Origin: Candidatus Methanophagales archaeon | GTDB lineage: Archaea > Halobacteriota > Syntropharchaeia > Alkanophagales > Methanospirareceae | Direction of reading: 5' to 3' | Assembly (NCBI GenBank): GCA_014859735.1 | Contig: JACUTR010000003.1 | Span: 1 to 42,757 of the forward strand | DNA length: 42,757 nucleotides | Shown: positions 19,692 to 28,754 of the stretch, piece by piece | Layout: each line of letters opens with the position of its first letter | How positions within the stretch are numbered: position 1 is the first letter of the stretch | Notes under the pieces: model-generated | What the model was told of the DNA's origin: nothing | The model's input: only the letters and a program-made list of their open reading frames with translations | The model's database searches: none | Translations under genes and position numbers: made by a program

Positions 19692-20582
19692 ATGGAGGAG
19701 CGAATTCGTAAATGTCCAGAATGTAATTCTAAAAATATAGTAACCGATTCCAAGCGTGCAGAACTGTACTGTGCTGATTGTGGGGTGGTAATAGCGGAGA
19801 ATATCGTTGATCTCGGCCCTGAATGGCGTTCCTATGATGGGGAACAAGCTGCTAAAAGGATAAGAACAGGGCCTCCTATGAGTTATAGAATACATGACAA
19901 AGGGCTGGGCACACCGACGCCCGGGTTGCCCGCTCGAACAAAACGATTACGAGGGATTAGTATAGACTCCGGTGATAAAACGCTTGCCCTCGCACTCGTT
20001 GAGATAGACCGAATGGCATGTGCACTGAAGCTTCCCAATAACATCAAGGAGGAGACCTCAGTATTATACCGGAAGGCAATGAGGCACAATTTAATTAAAG
20101 GACGAAGTATCGAGGAATTGGTTTCAGCGATGTTGTATATTACGTGCAGGCAGTATGAAGTTCCACGAACACTGAAAGAGATTGCTGAGGTCTCAAGGAG
20201 CCCGTTAAAAAAGATACGAAGGGCGTATATCTTTCTCTTAAGAAAATTGGGGATAAAGCTTGCACCGGCTAACCCTGCACGCTACATCCCGCGCTTCTGC
20301 TCTAAACTTGGGTTAAGTGAGGAGATAAGGGAAAAAGCAACAGAGATACTCAAGGATGATGAGGGAACCGGAGTGGCAAAGGGATGGGGACCGATTGGAA
20401 CAGCAGCGGCTGCGATTTATATCGCCGCGGTTTTAAGTGGCGAAAAAATAACAGAGAAGGAGATAGCCAAAGTTGTCGGGACAACCGAGATCACCATTCG
20501 GGATCGATACAAGGAATTGGTGAAGCGATTAAATATAACGGGGCTTCGCCCCGTTGACCCCGAAAAACCTGTAAGGGTTTAA
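19692..20582 (+). CDS. tfb: Transcription initiation factor IIB
   Basis: CPEC..CADC Zn ribbon, GPEWRSY, KGRSIE, PRTLKEI, TEITIRDRYKEL. Confidence 0.95.
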   Translation: MEERIRKCPECNSKNIVTDSKRAELYCADCGVVIAENIVDLGPEWRSYDGEQAAKRIRTGPPMSYRIHDKGLGTPTPGLPARTKRLRGISIDSGDKTLALALVEIDRMACALKLPNNIKEETSVLYRKAMRHNLIKGRSIEELVSAMLYITCRQYEVPRTLKEIAEVSRSPLKKIRRAYIFLLRKLGIKLAPANPARYIPRFCSKLGLSEEIREKATEILKDDEGTGVAKGWGPIGTAAAAIYIAAVLSGEKITEKEIAKVVGTTEITIRDRYKELVKRLNITGLRPVDPEKPVRV

Positions 20583-20583
20583 T
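20536..20583. repeat. GC-rich hairpin element, copy 1 (encodes the TFB C-terminus and stop)
   Basis: taacggggcttcgccccgttgaccccgaaaaacctgtaagggtttaat; nearly identical to 24439-24486. Confidence 0.9.
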
Positions 20584-20636
20584 CTTCTTCCATCACACGC
20601 CTCTCGAGAAAGTAAATCATTGGGAATGGGAACTAA

Positions 20637-20729
20637 CTAACGGGGCTCCGCCCCATCACGGGCTCCGCCCGTGCCCCTGCATCGTGGGCTCCGCCCACGT
20701 CCCCGAAGACCCTGTAAGGGTTTAATTCA
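20637..20729. repeat. GC-rich hairpin element, copy 2 (expanded, three gggctccgccc hairpins)
   Basis: Same ctaacggggc start and ccccgaa..ccctgtaagggtttaattca end as copy 3. Confidence 0.85.
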
Positions 20730-20818
20730 AAGATTGATATGCTATTGGGGCAGCGGGAATAGATGTGTGAACGTAAACTACCAACTCCTTTTATTAGACC
20801 TGTTTTTAGCACGTCCAC

Positions 20819-21715
20819 TTACTTCTTCTTAATCATGTCTCGTAATACTTCTATCATATCTTTTTGCAACGTTACGAGTATATCCCCTAATAGACCAAAC
20901 ATAAGAAATTGTACCCCTGAGATTATCATCAAAGAGGTAAACACCGTGAGGAGATCATGTGATATCCCTTTATACCATTCTATTACCACGTAAACGCCAG
21001 AAATGATACCCACAGCTATAAATAGAGAGCCAATGATACCGAAATAGAACATTGGATTATATATCCGTGCAAGTGTGTATAGTGTATACAATATCCTCAC
21101 CCCATCTCTGACAAAATTGAGTTTTGAAACCCCTTTCCTTTTTTCATATCTTATAGGAACTTCTTTTATCCGTATACCCCGTTTTACCGACTCTACCACC
21201 ATCTCGGTTTCTATTTCAAACCCCTCTTTCTTGAGACTCATCTCCCTCACGCAATCCTTTGTAAGAGCCCGGTATCCCGACAATATATCCTTCAATTTCA
21301 CGCCATAGCCGAGTCCAAATACTTTGTTCAATACCCAGTTGCCAACTCGATGAGAGAGCGTAAATGCACCTCCAAAACCAAACCGGTTACCAATAACGTG
21401 GTCAGCTTCATTATTACGTATTGGCGCAAGTAATGTTCTTACCTCTGAAGGTGAGTATGTCCCGTCTCCATCAATAATGACAATTATATCCTCCTCTATA
21501 CGCTCAAGAGCGTGCCTAACCGCTGTGCCTTTACCTTTTCCGTGCTGAACTTCAACCCTCGCTCCTTCCCTCTTTGCGATTTCTCTCGTCGAATCGGTAC
21601 TGTTTCCGTCAATTACAAAGATATCCTCAAATCCGTTCTCCTTAAATTCTCTTATAATTCCGCCTATCGATTCTTCTTCGTTTAAGGTTGGTATTAAGAT
21701 ACAAACTTCTTTCAT
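20819..21715 (-). CDS. GT2 glycosyltransferase, AglJ/DPM-like, with two C-terminal TM helices
   Basis: LIPTLNEE, IDGNSTD, GKG.A, IDGDGTY, DILSGYRAL, GFEIETE. Confidence 0.88.
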   Translation of the reverse strand: MKEVCILIPTLNEEESIGGIIREFKENGFEDIFVIDGNSTDSTREIAKREGARVEVQHGKGKGTAVRHALERIEEDIIVIIDGDGTYSPSEVRTLLAPIRNNEADHVIGNRFGFGGAFTLSHRVGNWVLNKVFGLGYGVKLKDILSGYRALTKDCVREMSLKKEGFEIETEMVVESVKRGIRIKEVPIRYEKRKGVSKLNFVRDGVRILYTLYTLARIYNPMFYFGIIGSLFIAVGIISGVYVVIEWYKGISHDLLTVFTSLMIISGVQFLMFGLLGDILVTLQKDMIEVLRDMIKKK

Positions 21716-21721
21716 TTCTTC

Positions 21722-22729
21722 TCATTTCTTCTCCCTGAAATACCTAATCGTCCTTTCTAATCCTTCTCGTAGACTAACTTTTGGCGCCCAACCTAACCTC
21801 TCTTGTGCCTTTGTTATATCCGGCCTCCTCCTCAGAGGATCATCTTTGGGTAAGGGATGGAACTCCGTCTCAGATTCGGATTGTGTCAGTTCCTTTATCA
21901 CGTTCGCAAGTTCTAAAATTGGTATCTCTTCATCATTTCCTATATTGACCACCAGTCCACTTTCTTCATCGAGGAAAGCAAGCTTGAGCAACCCTTCTAT
22001 CTGATCGGTGACATAACAAAAGCTCCTGGTTTGTGTTCCATCGCCAAAGATCGTCAGGGGTTTATTGCTCAATGCCTGTTCAACGAAGCGTGGAATAACC
22101 CTCCCGTAAACTCCTTCAGCCCTCATTCTCGGTCCGTAGGTATTGAAAATTCGTGCAATCCGTACATCCAAACCATGCTCCATCTTGTATGCAATTACAT
22201 ACGATTCGCCGCATCGTTTTGCCTCATCATAACAACTTCTCTGACCTATTGGGTTCACATTGCCCCTATATTCTTCTGAAGTAGGTATCTCGGTGGCATC
22301 ACCATACACCTCGGAAGTGGAAGTATAAAGAAATCGTGCATTATGCTTCTTCGCTATTCCCAGAGCGATCCAGATTCCCAAGGTGTTTGCTTTGAGGATT
22401 TGGATGGGATATTTCTCAAACTCAAAAGGAGATGCTCTGCTCGCAAGATGCAGGATGATGTCCAGCGGGTCATCGAAGAAGATTGGTTGTGTGATGTCAT
22501 GCGGGATGAACGTGAAGTTAGCGTTATCCATCAGAGGATCGATATTGGTTTTTAATCCGCTAACAAGATTATCCAAACAAATCACCTTCGCTCCCTGCTC
22601 CACCAGCACCTCGCAGATCCACGAGCCTAAGAACCCTGCTCCTCCGGTAACTAAAACCTTCTTACCTTCAATGCGATGGCGTATAGCTCCAAGATTTCTT
22701 ATTATTCCCTCAACCTCTTTCCTGTTCAT
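21722..22729 (-). CDS. UDP-glucuronate decarboxylase (UDP-xylose synthase) family SDR
   Basis: TGGAGFLGS, HLASRASP, TSTSEVYG, GNVNPIG.RSCYDEAKR, RIFNTYGPRM, DDP.RRRPDI. Confidence 0.9.
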   Translation of the reverse strand: MNRKEVEGIIRNLGAIRHRIEGKKVLVTGGAGFLGSWICEVLVEQGAKVICLDNLVSGLKTNIDPLMDNANFTFIPHDITQPIFFDDPLDIILHLASRASPFEFEKYPIQILKANTLGIWIALGIAKKHNARFLYTSTSEVYGDATEIPTSEEYRGNVNPIGQRSCYDEAKRCGESYVIAYKMEHGLDVRIARIFNTYGPRMRAEGVYGRVIPRFVEQALSNKPLTIFGDGTQTRSFCYVTDQIEGLLKLAFLDEESGLVVNIGNDEEIPILELANVIKELTQSESETEFHPLPKDDPLRRRPDITKAQERLGWAPKVSLREGLERTIRYFREKK

Positions 22730-22739
22730 CGTTAGCTCT

Positions 22740-23558
22740 TCAGCGAATGCCGGACATAAAATTCTTTACTGCATCTTTAAACCTCTCATCTGCTAATGAA
22801 AGTTCAATATTCGATTTCAGCCAGTCAAGCGTGTTCCCGATGTCATATCTTCTTCCCCGGTAAACGTATGCATATATCTTCTCTCTTACGAGACGTAACG
22901 CATCGGTAAGTTGGATCTCATTTCCTTTCCCGGGAGGCGTCATCTTAATTGCATCGAATATCGCCGGGGTCAAGATGTACCTGCCTAAGATGCCTAAATT
23001 TGATGGTGCTTCTTCCGGCGAGGGTTTCTCCACCAAATCCTCAACGAGGTGAATATCTCCCTCAACCTCCTTTCCTTTTATTATCCCATAGCGGTTCAGT
23101 TTCTCTTTCGGCACCTCTTCAACAGCAATAATAGCCGTCTTAAATTCTTCGTATTTCTTGATTAATTCCCCGGTACATCCCGGGATCGTTATGGTATCCC
23201 CTAAAAGGAGTGCAAACGCCTCCTCCCCCACAAAGCTTCTCGCATGATAAACCGCGTCACCCAGCCCTCGTGGCTCTCTCTGTCGCGTATAAAAGAGATT
23301 TACACCGCTCATCATTTCATCGAGCTCATCTAAAAACTCGTTTTCCATCTCACTTTTTCCAAAATGGTCTTCTATCGCCCTTTTCCCCTTCCCCGTTATA
23401 ATAAGAATCTCGTGTATTCCCGCGGCGGTCGCTTCCTCCACAACGTATTGTATAACCGGCTTATCCACTACCGGGAGCATCTCCTTCGGCTGCGCTTTCG
23501 TTGCGGGTAAAAATCTTGTTCCCAGTCCTGCTGCCGGGATAACCGCTTTTCTTATCAT
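22740..23558 (-). CDS. galU: UTP-glucose-1-phosphate uridylyltransferase
   Basis: MIRKAVIPAAGLGTRFLPATKAQPKEMLP, VEKP, EIQLTDAL; ATG 23558 overlaps the ugd stop. Confidence 0.93.
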   Translation of the reverse strand: MIRKAVIPAAGLGTRFLPATKAQPKEMLPVVDKPVIQYVVEEATAAGIHEILIITGKGKRAIEDHFGKSEMENEFLDELDEMMSGVNLFYTRQREPRGLGDAVYHARSFVGEEAFALLLGDTITIPGCTGELIKKYEEFKTAIIAVEEVPKEKLNRYGIIKGKEVEGDIHLVEDLVEKPSPEEAPSNLGILGRYILTPAIFDAIKMTPPGKGNEIQLTDALRLVREKIYAYVYRGRRYDIGNTLDWLKSNIELSLADERFKDAVKNFMSGIR

Positions 23559-24427
23559 TCCCTCACGCCATACCTCTCTTTCATCCGCTCGTTTATCTCG
23601 TCTACTGCTATCAGCAACTTGGGTTCTTGAGTATAGCGTAGAGCAAAAGATATGAACGCCTTCAAATCTTTCGGCAGACATTTTCCCCCGAACGCCTTGC
23701 CATGAATGGTCCCATACTTCCCAATGCGAGGATCGCGACCAACGATATCAGCAACAATTTGGGCATCAATGCCAAGGGCTTCGCAGATGAGAAAGATCTC
23801 GTTCCAATATGAGATCTTTGTGGCGAGCATGCAATTAGAAACGTATTTTATCATCTCCGCGGTTTTCAAATCGGTTCTGAAGATAGGCTTATTGAGTGGT
23901 TTGTAAAGCGCTTCCACAACATCACCGGATTTCTTGTCATATTCGCCAATCACGATTCTATCCTCGGTAAAGAAACCCTTTTTCATCTCCTCTCCTGTGC
24001 TCCAGGTCCCGGAAATTTCGGTTAAGAACTCAGGATTCATGCAAAATCCGATTTCTTCATCCCCCACGCCCGTCCCTGAATACTCCTCCACTATCGGAAT
24101 TACCACGTTCTCCGTCGTCCCTGGAACGACCGTACTTTTTACCGCTATCACGTGATAGCCATCTTTGTCCGCTAATGCCGCTCCTATCTTTTGTGCTGCG
24201 TCTTGTATGTAGCGCAGGTCTATCGCTCCCTCTTCATCTGTTGGTGTTGGAACACAGATGAACGAGACGTCTGTGTTTTCAATTGCATACTGTATATCCA
24301 GTGAGAAATTTGGTAGTTCTTTTTTGTCTACCACATCATAGAAAATAACCGTGTTACCCAATTTGGCAAGGCCCTTCCCAATCGCCGTGCCAACCCAGCC
24401 CGAGCCGATTATGCTTATCCTTGACAT
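23555..24427 (-). CDS. UDP-glucose/GDP-mannose dehydrogenase family, short form (290 aa)
   Basis: GSGWVG, FICVPTP, KSTVVPGT, NPEFL, AEMIKY..N, FGGKCLPKD. Confidence 0.88.
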   Translation of the reverse strand: MSRISIIGSGWVGTAIGKGLAKLGNTVIFYDVVDKKELPNFSLDIQYAIENTDVSFICVPTPTDEEGAIDLRYIQDAAQKIGAALADKDGYHVIAVKSTVVPGTTENVVIPIVEEYSGTGVGDEEIGFCMNPEFLTEISGTWSTGEEMKKGFFTEDRIVIGEYDKKSGDVVEALYKPLNKPIFRTDLKTAEMIKYVSNCMLATKISYWNEIFLICEALGIDAQIVADIVGRDPRIGKYGTIHGKAFGGKCLPKDLKAFISFALRYTQEPKLLIAVDEINERMKERYGVRE

Positions 24428-24437
24428 TTTCTGCTAC

Positions 24438-24489
24438 CTAACGGGGCTTCGCCCCGTTGACCCCGAAAACCCTGTAAGGGTTTAATTCA
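24438..24489. repeat. GC-rich hairpin element, copy 3
   Basis: ctaacggggcttcgccccgttgaccccgaaaaccctgtaagggtttaattca, 10 bp upstream of the ugd start. Confidence 0.9.
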
Positions 24490-24591
24490 TTTCCCACTTA
24501 AAAACCTTTCGTTGCGCATCTTTTCGAAACGGTGTGGTAAAACGTGCTTTCTGAGAAAGTAATTCACCGCGAAGATACGAGCCGTTTTTTT

Positions 24592-26529
24592 TTAATCCTC
24601 TCTTGCCAGGCTCTCTGGCGAGATATAGTCGTCACCAAAGCGCTCACGCGCTTTGAGCAAGCGCTCCCGCTGCTGGGTAAGTATCTCAAAGAGTACCGGT
24701 GGCGCATCAGCGACTTTATCCTGGTGGAATCTCTCCACCCGGTCGAGTTTGGCTAAGTTCTCAGGAACGCGAATGGTGAATTGCTTGACATAATCCTCCC
24801 TGGCGTACTCCTTATTCAACACCTGGCGGAAGAGCATACGCAGATCTTCATAGTTAGGAAGCCAGCCGGTGGGACCTCTTATCGCGCCGGCTTCATTATG
24901 CACACGGAGTTCCATCCACTTCACCCACACGTGCTTGTCCCGCACACCATTCAGGAACTTGCCTTCCTTATCCCGGAGGAAGTAGTTGACGCCGAAGACA
25001 AGAGGTGGTTTCTTGAGATTCTGTCCGAACTCCAGGTTATTCTGGATATACTTGCCCAAAGGAATGGAGACAAAGTCCTGGATGCTCATCAGATTTATCT
25101 CGGGGACACCCTCTTCACCAAGGATGGCATAGGTTGTTTCCGTCTCTAATGACGCACCATAGGCGATGATACCATGCACCCAATCAAAACTCTGCTGGAC
25201 TGGCACGTAACCCTTGGCGTCGCGGCCGCCATACATTATGCCAGCCAGCGCTACTCCTCGAGGATTATCAAGCTCGGGATCAACATTCCCCAGTGCCCGT
25301 AGCGCCACCGTGTAGCGGGCATTCTTGTGGGCTGGCGGGATTTTATTACCCTGCGCATCGGTCTTACCTTCGTACCACAACCCGGAGGAATTCACCCCCT
25401 CTTTGGGAAGTTCACAACCCATACCAAGCCAGTAGGGTTTGCCGTCCTTCACCAGCACGTTGGAAAAGATAACCTCACCCGGTGAGGTAAGTACTTTGTA
25501 GATAACCGGATCGCCAGTGGAGTTAACATCCTGGATAATGCCAAAGATGCCGGCTTCGGCATTCACTGCCCGGGCTTGACCATCAATATTGCGGAAGTAG
25601 GCGATGTCATCACCCAGGATGGTTTCGCCCGGGAGCATAGCGGTAGAGGTCTTGCCACAGGCGCTGGGAAAGGCACCTGCGAAGTAGGTCTTCCGGCAAG
25701 CTGGTCCGTGTACTCCCACTAACATCATATGCTCCGCGAGCCACCCCTCCCGGTCAGCCTTGCGGATGGTAAGGCGAAGTGCATGCTTCTTCAAGCCGAC
25801 GGTGTTACCCGCATACTGGGTGTTGACGCTATAGATGGTATCCTGGGTGTAGTCAATATAGATGCGTTTCTTCCCCGGCTCCATGCTCACCATATTCTCA
25901 GCCATCTTCCCCGCCGAATGCAAGATACAGAAGAGCTCGTCCTGCACTCCTTCTTGCCGGAACTGTTCATAAGCCAGACGATAGAGGAGGTCTTCGCTGT
26001 GGGCAACATACCAGGAGTCCGTGCACTGCAGGCAGGGGATGCTGAATATGGAGTTAGCAGGCCCTAATGAAAGGAAGCGGACAATCATCGTGCGGTTGCG
26101 CATAGCATCTTTGAGCAGCCCCTTCACCTCTGCCAAGCCTTCCTCCCGCTCAATCTGGTTGAGGGCTTTGCTGAGGGAATCGGTCTCGGGCACAAGATAC
26201 CTGGTAACCTCCCGGTCCCGGCCCTGGTCCTGTATACCATCAAAGTGGTAGGTGTGGCCTGGGAGTGCCAATGGCTTTTCTTCGCCGGTGGAGACCGCCT
26301 GCTGGCGTACATAGGCGATGTCCTCAGGGGAGTCACTACAGATGAAGATCGCCTCAGGCCTACAGAGCTCCACAGCATCAGCGAGAAATTGGTGAACTTT
26401 GGGTGTGGCTATCGCACGTAGCTTCTGGTAGTTAAGTTCGTCCAGGTTGGGTCGTAACGCTTCAAGGTACCTCGTTGACAGATCACTCCCTTTCCCCCCC
26501 AACTTTCCCAGCGTTCTTTTATCTTCCAT
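24592..26529 (-). CDS. pckG: Phosphoenolpyruvate carboxykinase (GTP)
   Basis: YAGNTVGLKK, WLAEHM, AFPSACGKTS, GDDIA, HKNARY, VNYF. Start uncertain; ATG 26529 chosen. Confidence 0.93.
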   Translation of the reverse strand: MEDKRTLGKLGGKGSDLSTRYLEALRPNLDELNYQKLRAIATPKVHQFLADAVELCRPEAIFICSDSPEDIAYVRQQAVSTGEEKPLALPGHTYHFDGIQDQGRDREVTRYLVPETDSLSKALNQIEREEGLAEVKGLLKDAMRNRTMIVRFLSLGPANSIFSIPCLQCTDSWYVAHSEDLLYRLAYEQFRQEGVQDELFCILHSAGKMAENMVSMEPGKKRIYIDYTQDTIYSVNTQYAGNTVGLKKHALRLTIRKADREGWLAEHMMLVGVHGPACRKTYFAGAFPSACGKTSTAMLPGETILGDDIAYFRNIDGQARAVNAEAGIFGIIQDVNSTGDPVIYKVLTSPGEVIFSNVLVKDGKPYWLGMGCELPKEGVNSSGLWYEGKTDAQGNKIPPAHKNARYTVALRALGNVDPELDNPRGVALAGIMYGGRDAKGYVPVQQSFDWVHGIIAYGASLETETTYAILGEEGVPEINLMSIQDFVSIPLGKYIQNNLEFGQNLKKPPLVFGVNYFLRDKEGKFLNGVRDKHVWVKWMELRVHNEAGAIRGPTGWLPNYEDLRMLFRQVLNKEYAREDYVKQFTIRVPENLAKLDRVERFHQDKVADAPPVLFEILTQQRERLLKARERFGDDYISPESLARED

Positions 26530-26633
26530 CTTTTGCTTTCCCCCTCGCTTCCTCTTTGCCACTTTCTCTCCACAAACCAAAAGGATTAAAAAAGGATAAC
26601 TATTTATAAAATTTTCGATACTTAATTTTACAA

Positions 26634-27161
26634 ATGACGGAACTAAAGCTGAAGAAGAAGGACAAATGCATTATCCGGGCACTGCTTGAGGACGGGAGGC
26701 TCTCGTATTCAGAGCTCGGGAGACGGTGTGGGATAAGCCGGCAGGTAGCGTTTGAACGGGTAAAGAAGCTCTCAGAGGAGGGTGTAGTAAAGAGTTTTTC
26801 GGTCTGTTTAGATGCGGAGAAGCTTGGATTCTCGTTCCAGGCGTATGTGTTGATTATTGCGAGCCCGGATGAAAGATTGCGAAGAGAACTCACCGGGTTC
26901 TTGAGGAATAGTAAAAATGTACGAAGGATTCAACTCCTCTTCGGTCGGTTTGACTTCTTCCTGGAGGTTCTTTTCCAGGATAAGGATGAGATGACTGAAT
27001 TCTTAAGGGCGATGCATTCGTTCGGCGCGGTCGAGCGGACCGAGACGTTCATAGTGTATCAAACGATGAAGGATAAACCAGAAGACTCGTTTTTAGGGTA
27101 TTTAAGCGAAGAAGATGAGGATCATATTAGCAACCGGAAGGAAAGCAGAAGGAATGGTTAG
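26634..27161 (+). CDS. Lrp/AsnC family transcriptional regulator
   Basis: DGRLSYSELGRRCGISRQVAFERVKKL HTH; GRFDF in the RAM domain; divergent from PEPCK. Confidence 0.9.
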   Translation: MTELKLKKKDKCIIRALLEDGRLSYSELGRRCGISRQVAFERVKKLSEEGVVKSFSVCLDAEKLGFSFQAYVLIIASPDERLRRELTGFLRNSKNVRRIQLLFGRFDFFLEVLFQDKDEMTEFLRAMHSFGAVERTETFIVYQTMKDKPEDSFLGYLSEEDEDHISNRKESRRNG

Positions 27162-28644
27162 GGATGCGGTAAGAACTGCAACTGTCTCGTTAGACTGCGA
27201 GGTGCTTACGCAGGACTTGGATATAGCAGCGTTCTCCACGCCAAAGACGTTGAGAAAAGCACTTGAACAATATAGGGGTTCTGAGAAACTGGACTGCACC
27301 CTCATTTTAGTTTCAGGATTTTGCAAAGCGGATTTCAGTGCTTTGGAAAGAGAGATAGCCATACCAATCAGGTTGGGACCACGACATGCATACGACATCG
27401 GTGAGGCATTACAATTTGCAGAAGAGACGGAATTCTCTCCAAATACACCGGCCGATCTGTTTTTGGCGGCGAAGCGAAAAGAGATGGTGAAACACCAGTT
27501 GTACGAGTTAGAAAGCGGAGTAAAGGAGTCTTTCTCCTTAAAAGGGGTGAAAATAGGTGGTGGAGCACGGATGAAGGTATGCGCAGAGCTCGTGGATGCA
27601 ACGCTGATGAAAGAGGAGGAGATACAACGAACAATAGCGCACTTCCTCAAGAGTGGCGCGGATATCCTGGATATCGGTGTTCATATTGGTGCGAAGCCCG
27701 ATGCGGTTAAAAAAGCGGTAAAAACCGCGTTAACTATCGCACCGGAGGTTCCTCTTTCCATCGATACGGTAGATGCTGAACTCATACGTGCAGGTATCGA
27801 AGCCGGTGTTGATATGGTGCTCAGCGTGAATAAAGAGAATATTTCAGAAGTGGGTGACGAGCTAAGGGGGAATGATGTGGCAGCAGTCGTCATTCCTGAC
27901 CGTGATGGCACCCAGAAAACCAACGAGAGTTTGTTTGCAACCATAAAAATGGCGGAGGAGTACGGCATCAAGCGCATAATCGCAGACCCGATCTTGAATG
28001 CCATTGGGTATGGAATTGCGGAATCCCTCTATAACTATTATAGTTTCAGAGTGCGTGACAAGAGCACACCTCTTTTCTTTGGCGTTGGGAATGTCATAGA
28101 GCTCATGGATGCGGATTCGGTCGGTATAACTGCGACCTTAGCAGGTATCGCCTCTGAACTAAACGCAGACATTCTCTTTACACCGGAATGCAGCGATAAA
28201 GCGAGGGGAAGCGTGAGAGAGCTGCGGGTAGCAGCGGAGATGATGATGCTCTCGAAGGCACGTAAAAGTGCACCGAAGGATCTCGGAATCGATCTGTTGA
28301 TGCTCAAAGAGAAGAGAAGGGAGCCGGTCATGAGAATTAGTGATACTAAGCGTATTGACGCGAGAAAGAATGAAACGTGGGAGCTCGACCCGGAGGGATG
28401 TTTTAGAATCGCGATCTGTGAGGTAGAAGGAGATGGCGGGAGCGATAAAAAGATATGTGCACACCATTTGCCAACCGGGAAACTAATAATAGGGAAGAGT
28501 GCACCGGAGATAATGGATACAATCCTGCGATTGAATCTGGTTTCACTGCTTGAACACGTCTCTTATCTGAGCAGAGAACTAACCAAAGCTGAGCTCGCAC
28601 TGCGGTTGGATCGGAGTTACGAGCAGGATGAGGCGCTCTTTTAA
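27115..28644 (+). CDS. Archaeal dihydropteroate synthase-like protein with C-terminal DUF4346-like domain
   Basis: GADILDIG, LSIDT, ADPIL, FFGVGNV.ELMDADS.G, PKDLGIDLL, DPEGCF, HVSYL.REL.KAELAL.L.RSY.QD. Confidence 0.88.
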   Translation: MRIILATGRKAEGMVRDAVRTATVSLDCEVLTQDLDIAAFSTPKTLRKALEQYRGSEKLDCTLILVSGFCKADFSALEREIAIPIRLGPRHAYDIGEALQFAEETEFSPNTPADLFLAAKRKEMVKHQLYELESGVKESFSLKGVKIGGGARMKVCAELVDATLMKEEEIQRTIAHFLKSGADILDIGVHIGAKPDAVKKAVKTALTIAPEVPLSIDTVDAELIRAGIEAGVDMVLSVNKENISEVGDELRGNDVAAVVIPDRDGTQKTNESLFATIKMAEEYGIKRIIADPILNAIGYGIAESLYNYYSFRVRDKSTPLFFGVGNVIELMDADSVGITATLAGIASELNADILFTPECSDKARGSVRELRVAAEMMMLSKARKSAPKDLGIDLLMLKEKRREPVMRISDTKRIDARKNETWELDPEGCFRIAICEVEGDGGSDKKICAHHLPTGKLIIGKSAPEIMDTILRLNLVSLLEHVSYLSRELTKAELALRLDRSYEQDEALF

Positions 28645-28754
28645 TTCCCCCTGTAGTATGAAGCTGAGAACTTTTTAAGACATAAGGATGTATATAGGAA
28701 TAACAATAAAAAGCCCAACGCGATTCGATCTAGCTATATGGGGGTGAAAAAGGG

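Noticed and set aside
20536-20729. Closely spaced repeats considered as a CRISPR array or tRNA
   Set aside because: Unequal unit lengths, no regular spacers, no cas genes, and no T-loop or acceptor stem.
20633-20818. 61-aa minus-strand ORF
   Set aside because: Half of it is the hairpin element; no protein-like motif.
26485-26585. Pyrimidine-rich stretch at the PEPCK 5' end as another palindrome copy
   Set aside because: Only loose similarity; no clear stem or tail.
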